64,000 nucleotides of DNA from Thermoanaerobaculia bacterium (GTDB taxonomy: Bacteria > Acidobacteriota > Thermoanaerobaculia > Multivoradales > Multivoraceae), in contig JAJEHN010000027.1 in the NCBI GenBank assembly GCA_022823665.1, positions 383-64,382 of the forward strand, given 5' to 3'. A model generated the notes under the pieces. It did not search any database. It was not told the origin of the DNA and worked only from the letters and a program-made list of their open reading frames with translations. Positions 11,601 through 18,860 of the stretch are shown in pieces (position 1 is the first letter of the stretch; each line of letters starts with the position of its first letter). The translations under genes and the position numbers were made by a program.

Positions 11601-12183
11601 GTCCGGAGCGAATGCCCACGTCGTCGTCGAGGCGTACGGCGAGTCGAACGGGGTGGCCGCCGGCAACGGCCTGCCCTTCGCGCCGGCAGGCGAGCCGCGG
11701 CCGGTTGCGGCAACCGCGCCGGACACGGAGTCCGATCCGGCCGCGACGAACGGGGACCCGGCCCGTCGGGCGCGGTTGCTGCCGCTCTCGGCCAAGTCCG
11801 GGGACGCGCTCCGGGATCTGGCGAAACGGTATCTCGGCTGGCTGGACGAACACGCCGATTCGCTGTCGGGTGAAGGGGAGGCGGAACAGTTGCTGTCGGA
11901 CATGGCCTGGACCGCATGCGTCGGGCGGAGCCACTTCGAGCAGCGCGCCTCCGTCGTGTTCGACGACGCGGCCTCGCTGCGCGAAGGGTTGCGCACGGTG
12001 GCCGCCGCGGACGGCAAGCGGGAACCTGCTGTGGCGGACGGCGGTTCCGTCGAGGCGGCGGCGGCAGCCTATGAGGCCGGGGGCCCGGTTTCGCTGGCCG
12101 GGCTGTTCGCCGGCGAGGCGCGGCGGCGGGTCGCGCTGCCCGGCTATCCGTTCCAGCGGCGCCGCTTCTGGATCGGCGGCTAA
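2617..12183 (+). CDS. supA: SupA-like type I PKS/FAS: KS-AT-DH-cMT-ER-KR-ACP-KS with an AT-less tail; probable methyl-branched fatty acid synthase
   Basis: KS1 DTACSSS/HGTGT/GHLE; AT GHSLG and AYHS; DH HRVFGRLIAPG and LDGCFQ; MT IEVGAGTGS; ER LIHAGAGGVG; KR VTGGLGGIG; ACP GMDSL; KS2 DMTCASS/HGTGS/GHLE. Architecture and neighbours match the sponge-symbiont sup clusters. Confidence 0.9.
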   Translation: MPQESVPPPSDATHGAARASAPGNEPVAIVGMACRFPGADSLAAFWDQLDGGVNAVSEGVPGSGIGRIGELFPEGAELRRACRFGAYLDGLDQFDAAFFRISPVEAQMLDPQQRLMLETCWRALEDAGIDPDGLRGSRTGVYAGISNNEYRGLILDVSETDEPAASLYAVTGTSFNTAIGRVAFALGLEGPALALDTACSSSLVSIHQAVSSLQRGEADLALAGGVHTILSGRLLELRANAGMLSPDGRCATFDAARNGYVRGEGCGIVVLKRLAEAEADGDRIWGVVRGSALNQDGASQGLTVPSRPAQEKVIEAALREAGIAPTDVDYVEAHGTGTEVGDPVEAEAVGTAYGRGRDPDRPLLIGSVKTNIGHLESAAGVAGVIKVLLAMNKGVIPRHLHFSTPNPEIPWERLPLKVTAEPTAWPDAEGRPPRAGVSGFGWSGTNAHVVLEGYGKPGAAAEAEHLPAGAALPIAVSLPESVADLTPAEVALPVRGTRLLPLSGKSDNALRELAGEVLSWVERRTGDAAEGDADVALLADMAWTASIGRSHFERRAGVVFRDAASLRHELKALAGGEREAASQAASKVAFAYTGQASQWVGMGGTLYESEPAVRAVLDRCDALLREDRGGSLLDVMFGRSGDAGDLDDPQWKQPAIYALECALTALWSSLGIRPDVVLGHSLGEIAAAHAAGVFSLEEGLRFAAARGALIGAVPGDGAMAAVFAPPSRVTATVEEHNAEYGGVDVSVAADNGAHQVVSGPLEALEALERRFEADGVRAVRLRKSPAYHSAMIEPALDDLEAALGGTTFAPSSVPFVSNLTGRIVEADEALDAAYWKRQAREQVAFRACIETLAELGVDAVVEIGPHAVLSQIAAMSWPASAEAAAPVTIPSLLRPGSKVPEAEAETAFVAAVAAAWEAGLPVRFEGLYEGEARRRIALPGYPFQRERHWVEGSKRRRTTAGHPLLGDRHESARGEVMFETEVFPSEPAWLNDHRVFGRLIAPGALFGAMAAAASSGEDGGPATLDDVQLHNPLVFAEEDPEDEGGEGAGRMVQVLLDPPEDEPSKRVQILSRGAGDEEWTLHAEAQAPAAPPSLGPALCVNLKKLKAGMSAVDVEGFYRAKAEVGIDLGTSFRTLDAVWSRPGEALGEVSFPAGLGANGLDVHPLLLDGCFQVMGAARNPDGADDGITYLPFGWEQLRLRGRLPDRILCHVRLRESPRGAEPEAENGQPPEVVAGDLSFYDDAGVQVGELTGYTVKRATRSALLSAVEGVNELLYEVVWRDRALPPGMPSADFLAAPAAVQAEHGPFTDYLAAEGVGAEDRAALLADLELLSHAYALATLDRLGWRRTAGEAVDADALRQQLKVGPEHQRLFGRMLEMLARCGVLSAVDGGHIVQVGTGDPLPEGLPEDPDAFASRMAARYSHGSTEIGLFRRSADALPDVLIGEMDPLTLLFSSGEPTAADLYKKAPVARAANRMLADATAALLRRMPAERRLRVIEVGAGTGSATAVVLPELPEGRYDFTYTDISAGFFAEAESLFGGSEAAIDYRVLDIEVDPVEQGFDRHGYDIVIASNVLHATRYLDETLAHCRELLAPSGQLLALENLRGQGWLDLTFGQLDGWWRFADDYRPSHALADPGIWRRALADAGFGDVAILGVDESDPAAKPDRGVILAQGPADVDEAPGLWVLAADRGGIAAELATELSAHNQTVVLAGEEVAMERREAWQALLEDLPEEVPLAGIVHLAGLDGHGAEASTPEMAGDARRTAASALALAQGIGDAGATPTHGVWFVTRGAQVLEKETGGELAGATLWGLGKVMVREAAHLQPRMIDLDPGGAAPLADLANELLYPDPENHIAYRFGRRQAARLIRAGEGMARLAPPDDTAWALASDPGGSLDAIQVEPLPAAPLEPGEVRVAIEAVGLNFRDVFISIGLVEDSLGGEFCGRVLETGADVSSVVPGDRVVGMAFRAFGTETVIPEALIVPAPPGFSVSELATLPTAFVSAALSFDMSSLEAGERVLIHAGAGGVGLAAIQLAQAAGAEVFATASARKRAYLRSLGVEHVFDSRTTAFGQEILDATDGAGVDVVLNSLTSEGFIEASLSCLTRGGRFVEMARVDILSEEEMAAVRPDVAYSILMIDVLKEEDPPRAGEILRRIVKQLSEGVLRPLVHARWPLLEAGPAMESMRAARHIGKIVFTNSPLAGGRLREDRTVLVTGGLGGIGCAVAGWLADRGAGTIVLNGRRPPDPEAEAAIEALRERGVTVQVELADVTDASAVDAMLERVDRELPPLGGVIHSVGVLADAALGNQSWESFETVLWPKMLGAWHLHRATLDRDLDLFVLFSSVAGVMGNPGQANHAAANAFLDQLAAHRRARGLPGQAIAWGAWSGIGEAEEQRERIAGHFAARGVRWIAPDQGLKVLDWLVRHDLTASVVTAVDWPVFGESLEDRPPLLEALLSDAADEGDDAASTEDLLARLRDSPPEERESLLVAYLQSEVQAVLRLPSAPAPAVGFFDLGMDSLMAVELRNRLNRAFAGAYTAPNTLVFDYPDIAALAGHLGGELGDAGAATPPRGAPAPAVPATVREDDDDRIAIVGMACRLPGAPDLAAYWRQLESGGGAVTDGRPDPGPWDGVCGDPAAGDVTHRRGGFVTGIDQFDARFFGIRPIEAHTMDPQQRMLLETTWQALEDAGIDPDGLRGSRTGVYAGFSGCEYRDLAGAGGSGVDYLGTAGSVAVGRIAFALGLMGPAMPLDMTCASSLAAIHEAAMALQSGEIDLALAGGVKAILSRAVTDFMVEIGMLSLTGECRTFDASADGHVRGEGCGIVVLKRLAEAQADGDRIWAVIRGSAVNQNGASAGLTVPYGPAQEQVIEAALDRAGIAPAEIDYLEAHGTGSALGDPIEVQAAAAVYGRGREPERPLLMGTVKTGIGHLEAAAGIAGLIKVVLAMRQGEIPKQLHFRTPNPAIDWERLPVRVTGEATAWPHDPDRPPRAGISSFGLSGANAHVVVEAYGESNGVAAGNGLPFAPAGEPRPVAATAPDTESDPAATNGDPARRARLLPLSAKSGDALRDLAKRYLGWLDEHADSLSGEGEAEQLLSDMAWTACVGRSHFEQRASVVFDDAASLREGLRTVAAADGKREPAVADGGSVEAAAAAYEAGGPVSLAGLFAGEARRRVALPGYPFQRRRFWIGG

Positions 12184-13082
12184 GCCAGCCCGTTCGTCTT
12201 CAGGAAATCCCTGAGCATCGCGACGCACTCCGCCGGCTTTTCCAGTTGCAGGAAGTGAGTGGCCTCGGGCAGGAAGTCGTAGTCCACGGTCATCATGTGA
12301 CTGAGGTCGAAGGTCGGCAGGTAGGCGTACTCGAGGGTGGGGTCGGCGCCGAGAACCTTGGTCGGGCATGAGAGCAGCGTCAGATCCAGCAGGGGCGCGA
12401 AACTCCGAACGTAGTCCATGATCTGGGCTTCGTACTCCCGCGGACAGCGAAGCTCGTAGGCGTCTCCATCGGCCGTTCTGCGCAGCGTCGTCGCCGCCAT
12501 CAGTTCGCGCACGCCGGGCAGCACCCGCGCAAAGGCCGGCAGGTAGCTGAGGAGTTCGGCGAACTCGGCCTCCGTGCGGAAGCGGTAGCCCCGCCGGCGG
12601 GTCATCGCGGCTGCGCGTTCGGCGGCCTCGTCGAGTTCCTGGAGGGCTCCGATCGGCTTGCACAGCGGCGGATCGAACAGCACCAGACCCGAGTACGCGC
12701 TTCTGAACGCGAGGATGGCGACCAGTGTCGAGAGGGAGTGAAAGACGCCGACGGACGGCTTGGCGCCGTACTCGCGTTCGATGGCGTCGAACACGAGGTC
12801 ATGGTCGTGCATCAGCACCGGGATGTTGTGATCCTGCCGGCGTCCGACGCCGTTCCAGCCATGGTTCCGGAGATCGAACATCACCAGGTCGAAGTCGTCG
12901 GCGAGCAGCGACCAGAAGGGGTAGTAGAGATCGATCGCGAGACCGTTGCCGTGGCTCAGGATGAGCCGCAGATCGGCGTCCGGGTTGCCGTGCCGCCGAA
13001 CGACGGTGACCGTGTCGTCGTCGAGGCGAACCTCGCGCGCCGCGAGCGGTTCGGGGACTTTCCAGATCGTCTCAGCCGGCAC
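12180..13082 (-). CDS. Alpha/beta hydrolase (SupD-like, putative thioesterase)
   Basis: SHGNG oxyanion motif, DLRNHG, nucleophile elbow VFHSLS, catalytic His in ATHFLQLE. Directly downstream of the ACP and PPTase genes. Confidence 0.85.
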   Translation of the reverse strand: MPAETIWKVPEPLAAREVRLDDDTVTVVRRHGNPDADLRLILSHGNGLAIDLYYPFWSLLADDFDLVMFDLRNHGWNGVGRRQDHNIPVLMHDHDLVFDAIEREYGAKPSVGVFHSLSTLVAILAFRSAYSGLVLFDPPLCKPIGALQELDEAAERAAAMTRRRGYRFRTEAEFAELLSYLPAFARVLPGVRELMAATTLRRTADGDAYELRCPREYEAQIMDYVRSFAPLLDLTLLSCPTKVLGADPTLEYAYLPTFDLSHMMTVDYDFLPEATHFLQLEKPAECVAMLRDFLKTNGLA

Positions 13083-13884
13083 GCCTCTCCCTTTGCGGGT
13101 TCGTGGGCAGAGCGCCGTTCGGAACGGTCTCCGGCAGTTCCCGCGCCAGGGCTGCCGCGAAGCGAACGTCCTCGAGGGTCTCCAGCCTCCAGGCGACGTC
13201 CGGCGCGCCCGGAAGCCGAAAGTCGGGGCAGCGCTCCCGAAGCCGCGGTGCGACCTCGCCCCCGGCGGGCCCGCGATACAGGGCGCGAGGGATCTCGAAC
13301 CCGGCGGTATCCAGCCCGAGGCCCAGGCCGGCCGCCTTGAGAACCGCTTCCTTCAGGGTCCAGAGTCGATAGAAGAGGTCGGTTCTTCGGTCTGGGTCCG
13401 CGGCCTCGAGTTCGGCCCGTTCGCCGGGTGCGAACAGCAGCCGGATGTCGTCATTCAGATTCCGGCGCGGGGTCCGTTCCTCGACGTCCACCCCGATCCG
13501 CCCGTGCGGAACGAGGGCAATCAGTCCGTGGCCGCCGCTGTGACTGACGCTGAACCCCGCCGGCGACGGAACCCCGCCGACCACCGCGAAGGGCTTGCCA
13601 CGGTCCAGAGTCTCGAAGGAGAGCTCCGCGTTGGCGCAGCCGAGGCGGCGGCAGAGCAGGGCCCGAAGGGCGGCGCGACAGAGCGTGAACTCGCGCCGGG
13701 GCGCGGCTCTCGTAAAGCGGCGCCGGCGAGCGCGCTCCGCCTCGTCCAGCCAACCCAGGGCGTCCGCCTCCGGATTCGCGCCGGGCCTGAGGTCGACGTG
13801 AACGACTGCCGCGTCGTCCGATTCATGGAACGGGCGCCACGCTGGCGCCCGCTGACGCGAGTCGGTCGCGCGGCGACTGTTCAG
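13072..13884 (-). CDS. Sfp-type 4'-phosphopantetheinyl transferase (SupC-like)
   Basis: Motifs GKP, FSVSHS, IGVDVE and LWTLKEAVLKA. The PPTase-like frame continues about 100 codons upstream of the GTG at 13584, to a CTG at 13884 that overlaps the ACP stop. Start is uncertain. Confidence 0.85.
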   Translation of the reverse strand: MNSRRATDSRQRAPAWRPFHESDDAAVVHVDLRPGANPEADALGWLDEAERARRRRFTRAAPRREFTLCRAALRALLCRRLGCANAELSFETLDRGKPFAVVGGVPSPAGFSVSHSGGHGLIALVPHGRIGVDVEERTPRRNLNDDIRLLFAPGERAELEAADPDRRTDLFYRLWTLKEAVLKAAGLGLGLDTAGFEIPRALYRGPAGGEVAPRLRERCPDFRLPGAPDVAWRLETLEDVRFAAALARELPETVPNGALPTNPQRERRAG

Positions 13885-14111
13885 CTCGCGTTCGAGGCGA
13901 GCCAGTTGCTGAGATCGCGAAGGTTCTTGAACTCCGCGATCTGCAGCGGCGGAATCTCGACGTTGAAGTCCTCGCCGACCTTCTTGAAGAAGGCCACCAT
14001 CTGCACGGAGGTCACGCCGGAGTTGCCCAATCCACTGTTGAAGTCGGGGTCGTGGCCGAGATCGAGCTGTTCGTTCACGATCGCCGTGATGCGGGTGTCA
14101 ATGTCTGACAT
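13881..14111 (-). CDS. Free-standing acyl carrier protein (SupB-like)
   Basis: 76-aa acidic protein with the attachment Ser in GVTSV. AAGGAGA RBS upstream of ATG 14111. Confidence 0.85.
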   Translation of the reverse strand: MSDIDTRITAIVNEQLDLGHDPDFNSGLGNSGVTSVQMVAFFKKVGEDFNVEIPPLQIAEFKNLRDLSNWLASNAS

Positions 14112-14304
14112 CGAGTTGATTCTCCTTGTTTGAAGGGGCTTTGAGAACAACGTGGCCGTTGGGCGTTGCTGCTGCGCTCGGTTGACTGTCGGATCGATCA
14201 GGAGATTATCGTCCCGGTCGCGTCCCCGGTCAAGGGTAGGCGAGCCGCCCGGCAGGCGGCGCCAGAGTCTGACGACTGGGTGTCCGCCGCGTTGAGGCTG
14301 ATCG

Positions 14305-16563
14305 CTACGGCTGGATCATGTAAGTGAACTTGACCGCGATCTGCCGGTGCGTGCTCTGCCGGTAACGGAGGTCTTCGGCCATCCAGTTCTCGTTGTAGAC
14401 GACGAACAGGTCGGAGCCGGGCCTGTAGATCCAGTGCAGCCGGATGTTCGTCCCGAGGTCGCCGGACAGGTCGTTGTACTGGACGATCGTGTTCAGCCGC
14501 AGGTTCGGGCTGAACGTGAAGTTGACCAGTTGGCTGTAGAGGCCGACATCGAAGGCGCCCTGCGGCAGCTCGACGGAGTTGAAGACCCAGCGGGTTTCCG
14601 TCTGCACGAGCCTCGAGAGCCGAAGATTGACGGTGGCCCGGCCGGAGGTCTGGGTTCCGCCGTAGAAGTCGCCGGCGAAGACGCGCCCGCGAAATCCGAC
14701 GAGCCGGCTCTGGTTCGAGAAGGCGGCGAGGACGACGGTGTCGAAGTCGTAGCGGCCGGGCGGAATCACGATCCCGGGCGACACCTCGAACGGCGCGACC
14801 AGGTTCTCCGTCTCCCAGACGTATCCCAGCCGCCAGCGGTCCTCGCCCGTGGTCCTCATGCCGATCGGCGAGAACTCGATCCGCCGGGTTTCCAGTTCGC
14901 CGTCGTCGAGCGTCTCGTAGTAGTCGACGTTCAGCTCGGTGAACCAGGTGCGGACGAAACCGCGCTCGATCCGTGGCAGCCACTGGATGTACGGGGCAAG
15001 GTGGCGGACGTTGTTGCGCAGGAGAAAGCCGGCCTTCGGGCTGTAGTCCTCCTCGATCTCCTGGGCGTCGAGGTAGACGGTCCACTCGGGGCCCTGGTAG
15101 TCGAAGTTGAAGCCGTAGGCGGACTCGCCGGCGTCGGAGGTGCCGCCGTCGCCGGAGGCTTCCTCGCTGATGCCGCTGCTGCTCCAGAAGCCTCCGAAGA
15201 TCATCTTCGACGTCGGCTTGTAGACGAAGTCGACGCCGGCGACGCGGTTGGCGTCCTCGGCGTCCGGCGCCGCCTCGGTGAGCACGGCGCCGATCGACGA
15301 CCGCTGGCCGACGTTTCGCTTCAGCCGGGCCACCGTGAAGGCGTTCCCGGGCACCGTTCCGCTGTCTTGCTGGAGTCCGGCTGTGGCAACCCGCAGCACG
15401 CCGACGTCCCAGCCGCCCATTCGGCCGGTTAGCCGCGCTCCCCAGTCGATCGGCACCTGCCGGCCCTCGTCGAGGCCGACCCGGCGCGAGAAGAACGCCT
15501 TGAGCACCGGCGGCTCGAAGAAGCGGCGATGGGGCGGCCCGAAGTCGAAGATGCCCGCGTTCTCGAGGAAGAAGTCGCGCTTCTCGGGGAAGTAGAGCGA
15601 GAACCGGGTGAGGTTCGTCTGCAGTTCGTCGACCTCGACCTCGGCGAAGTCCGTGTTGTAGGTCAGGTCGAGCGCCAGGGATCGGGTCACGCCCCACTTG
15701 ATGTCCAGGCCGCCGTCGCCGTCCGTGATCGGATCGGCGTCCAGCCGTGGATCCTCGCTGACGTCGCCGATCACGAAGGGTTTGATCTGAACCTGCGCCG
15801 ACTGCGCCAGACCGGTCAGGCCCGTCAGTTCGCCCGCCATCGAGATGCGGTGGACGGGCTGGACCAGGGAGCCGACCTGCCCCAGCATGCTGACCTCGCG
15901 CGGCAGGCCGGACCAGTGCGTCATCTCGCGCTTGTGGGCGATGTACCGCTGGACGTTGAACCCCCAGGCCGGAGCGGCCGGGTCGAATCGCAGGGTCGAG
16001 ATGGGAATCGCGATCTCGGCCGCCCAGCCGAAGGCGGTTCGCCGTGCCGCCACGGACCAGATGCCGTCCCACTCGAGGTTCAGGTCGCGGCCTTCGTCGG
16101 TGACCAGCGTGTCGGCCCGGGCGGCGTTCAGGTTCGTCTCGAAGGCGTAGCCGTTGCGCCGGTCATGGAACGTGTCGAGCAGCAGGATGATCGAGTCGTC
16201 CTGGAAGATGCGGCTGTCGCGCTCCATCTCCTTGGCGATGATCGCGTCGGGGTTCGCGTCGAACGCGGTGATGCCGAAGTAGATCGTCGAGTCGGTGAAG
16301 ACGACGCGAACTTCCGTCTGCTCGGTCGCCGGCACGCCGTCGAGCGGCTCGTGCTGCACGAAGTCGGCGCCGACGTTCGACTCGGCCCACACGGCATCGC
16401 TCAGTTCGCCGTCGACGGTGGGACCCTGCTCGACCCGGGTTGCGGCCATCGTTGGGCGCTCGGTTTCCGGCGCCGGATCCTGCAAACCGGCGGCCGCCGC
16501 CGCCAGCAGGGCGAATCCGCCGGCGAGGGCCGCGGCGGTCGGCTTCGGTTTCGGCAACGGCAT
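14305..16563 (-). CDS. Outer-membrane protein: N-terminal CBM9/DOMON-like domain plus DUF5916-like beta-barrel
   Basis: Signal peptide, PTVDGEL..W, DTFHD, NTDFAEVEVD, TRFSLYFPEKRDFFLE and FFSRRVG motifs; C-terminal barrel strand VKFTY. Confidence 0.75.
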   Translation of the reverse strand: MPLPKPKPTAAALAGGFALLAAAAAGLQDPAPETERPTMAATRVEQGPTVDGELSDAVWAESNVGADFVQHEPLDGVPATEQTEVRVVFTDSTIYFGITAFDANPDAIIAKEMERDSRIFQDDSIILLLDTFHDRRNGYAFETNLNAARADTLVTDEGRDLNLEWDGIWSVAARRTAFGWAAEIAIPISTLRFDPAAPAWGFNVQRYIAHKREMTHWSGLPREVSMLGQVGSLVQPVHRISMAGELTGLTGLAQSAQVQIKPFVIGDVSEDPRLDADPITDGDGGLDIKWGVTRSLALDLTYNTDFAEVEVDELQTNLTRFSLYFPEKRDFFLENAGIFDFGPPHRRFFEPPVLKAFFSRRVGLDEGRQVPIDWGARLTGRMGGWDVGVLRVATAGLQQDSGTVPGNAFTVARLKRNVGQRSSIGAVLTEAAPDAEDANRVAGVDFVYKPTSKMIFGGFWSSSGISEEASGDGGTSDAGESAYGFNFDYQGPEWTVYLDAQEIEEDYSPKAGFLLRNNVRHLAPYIQWLPRIERGFVRTWFTELNVDYYETLDDGELETRRIEFSPIGMRTTGEDRWRLGYVWETENLVAPFEVSPGIVIPPGRYDFDTVVLAAFSNQSRLVGFRGRVFAGDFYGGTQTSGRATVNLRLSRLVQTETRWVFNSVELPQGAFDVGLYSQLVNFTFSPNLRLNTIVQYNDLSGDLGTNIRLHWIYRPGSDLFVVYNENWMAEDLRYRQSTHRQIAVKFTYMIQP

Positions 16564-16648
16564 CGCGGAGGACGAAGGCTAGCAACAGAGCCGGCATCGT
16601 CGCCGGGCTGGCTGGACAGCCTCGGGAAGCCGCGTCAGAGTCGATGGC

Positions 16649-18829
16649 TTGAACAGCACGTTCCAGCGGAAGCGGCCTTTGTGCGCGGTTCTCGTGACGG
16701 TCGCGGGCTTCTGGTTCTTCGCCTGCGGTCCGGATCCGGTGCCGGTCGAGGTGGTCGATCTCGTATCGGAGTTTCGGTACGCCGAAGTCGAACGGGAACG
16801 GCCGGTGCTCGACCTGGGGACCCCCTCGGCGGCGGCTGCCCTGGTCGGAGGCTGGTCCTGGAACGAGAAGGACTCCGCCGGCAACACGTTCGTCTGGGCG
16901 GTCGGCCCGCGTTCGGGGATCGACGTCTACCTCGCCTCGGCTCGCGAGCTGGAGGTGCGGATGACCTGCCGGGCGTACCGCTATCCGGGTGCGCCGGCTC
17001 AGCGCCTTGCCGTGCGCTGGGACGGCAGCGAGGTCGCCGAAGTCGAACTGGGCGGGCGCCTGGCCGAGCACCGCTTCACGGTGCCCGCCGGGATGGCCGT
17101 GGCCGGGGATCACCGCGTGGAACTCGTGCCGACGTACTTCGGCCGTCCGGCGGACGTGGCCGCGGGCGGCGCCCCGGCGCCCCGGCATCCGAGGAAGCTC
17201 TCCTTCGCCTGCGACCGGATCGAGTTCGGCGGCGGGCCGGCGCCGGGCGAGGCCCGCGGCGAGGGAGACACGCTGTGGATTCCAGCGTCCAATGAAGTCT
17301 CCTTCTTCCTGGAGCCCGAGCAGGATCTCGAGTTGCAGTGGGAGGACGTCGCTCCGCGGGGCGTCACCAGCCTCGACGTGGTGTGGGAGGTCGAGGGCGC
17401 GGCGCCGCTGACTACTTCCATCACCCGGGAGTCCGCTCCGCCCCTCCGAATGCCCTTGCTGCTGGTGGGGAATCGCCAGGCGCAGGCACCCGTTGACGAT
17501 TGGCTCGCGTCCGTCCGACCGGCCCGGCTGACGCTCCGCGCGGCTGGCGGAGCGGCGGCATCCGGTGAGGAGGCGGGCGTCGTTCTGCGCAGGCCCCGGC
17601 TGACCGCCGACGAGCGCGACTTGCGACTGCCGGATCGGCCTGCTGAAGAGCTGTCCTTCGATGGGGCCGGAGTCTCGGGGCCGCCTTCGCCGGACGGTGA
17701 ACGCCAGCCCGAGTCCATCCTGCTCTGGATCGTGGACACGTTGCGCGTCGACCGACTCGGCTTCCATGGCCACGACCGGCCCGTGTCGCCGAACTTCGAC
17801 GCCCTGGCGGAACGCTCGACCGTGTTCGAGCGGGCGATCGCGCAGTCCTCGTGGACCCGTCCCACCGTCGCCACGCTGCTCACGGGGGTGGGGCCCGAGC
17901 GACACGGCATCCGGGAACTGAGCCACGGCCTGGAGGGGTCCTTCGCCACCTTGCAGGAGCGATTGAAGGAGCTCGGCTATGCCACGGCGGGCTTTTCGGC
18001 GAACGCGAACGTGACCGCCGATACCGGCTTCGCGCAGGGGTTCGACCGTTTCGAGAACGGCGCGGTCGATGTCGACGATCCCGAACTGGGCTCCGCGGCC
18101 CACCTGAGGGCGCTGAGCGACAAGGAGGCGACCTCGACGCCGGACATCGTGGAGAAGCTCTTCCTGCTCTACGACGGGGAGATCGCCTGGAGCGATCATG
18201 TCTTCGGCGAGTTCCGGCGTGAGCTGCACCGGCGGGGCCGGGACCCCCTCATCGCCTTCGTCGCCGACCACGGCGAAGCGTTCGAGGAGCGCGGCGTCTT
18301 CGGCCACGCCTGGGACCTTCACCGCGAGGTGCTGGACATTCCCTTCCTCATCCACCTGCCGGGCCAGACCGAGGGTCGCCGCGTGGGCCTGCCGGTTCAG
18401 CAGGCGGACCTCCTGCCGACCCTGATCGAGATCGCGGGCGGCGAGCCCGGGCCGGGGATCGAAGGCGACAGTCTGGCGCCGCTGCTCGGCGGCGGAGCGG
18501 ACGGCGCCCCGCAGACGCTCGCCGACCGGCTGCTGCTGTCGACAATGGACACGTTCCGGCGCCCCGCGGCGTCCCTGGTCCGCGGCCGCCACAAACTGAT
18601 CGAGCTGCGCCGGCCCGGACAGGCTCCGACCCGGCAACTGTTCGACTGGGTGGACGACCCCGAAGAGCGGCGCGATCTGGCCGCCGAGCGGCCGATCCTG
18701 GCCGGCCGCCTGGCGCGGCTGCTGCGGGAACAGGTGGAACTTTCGGGACAGGGCGCGGCGCCGGCGCCGGAAGTCGAGCTGGACGAGGACACCAGGCGAC
18801 GGCTCGAGGCCCTCGGCTACATCGAGTAG
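16649..18829 (+). CDS. Exported sulfatase-like (alkaline phosphatase superfamily) protein with N-terminal beta domains
   Basis: VDTLRVD, SSWTRPTVATLLTG, YDGEI, ADHGE, DLLPTL and C-terminal LEALGYIE; lipoprotein-like signal FFAC. Confidence 0.75.
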   Translation: MNSTFQRKRPLCAVLVTVAGFWFFACGPDPVPVEVVDLVSEFRYAEVERERPVLDLGTPSAAAALVGGWSWNEKDSAGNTFVWAVGPRSGIDVYLASARELEVRMTCRAYRYPGAPAQRLAVRWDGSEVAEVELGGRLAEHRFTVPAGMAVAGDHRVELVPTYFGRPADVAAGGAPAPRHPRKLSFACDRIEFGGGPAPGEARGEGDTLWIPASNEVSFFLEPEQDLELQWEDVAPRGVTSLDVVWEVEGAAPLTTSITRESAPPLRMPLLLVGNRQAQAPVDDWLASVRPARLTLRAAGGAAASGEEAGVVLRRPRLTADERDLRLPDRPAEELSFDGAGVSGPPSPDGERQPESILLWIVDTLRVDRLGFHGHDRPVSPNFDALAERSTVFERAIAQSSWTRPTVATLLTGVGPERHGIRELSHGLEGSFATLQERLKELGYATAGFSANANVTADTGFAQGFDRFENGAVDVDDPELGSAAHLRALSDKEATSTPDIVEKLFLLYDGEIAWSDHVFGEFRRELHRRGRDPLIAFVADHGEAFEERGVFGHAWDLHREVLDIPFLIHLPGQTEGRRVGLPVQQADLLPTLIEIAGGEPGPGIEGDSLAPLLGGGADGAPQTLADRLLLSTMDTFRRPAASLVRGRHKLIELRRPGQAPTRQLFDWVDDPEERRDLAAERPILAGRLARLLREQVELSGQGAAPAPEVELDEDTRRRLEALGYIE

Positions 18830-18860
18830 CGGCGTCCCCGTTGCTATAGTCCTCGCTCGC

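Noticed and set aside
2566-12663. Very long minus-strand ORFs (1765 aa and 1595 aa) opposite the PKS
   Set aside because: Antisense shadow frames typical of high-GC coding DNA; no recognisable motifs.
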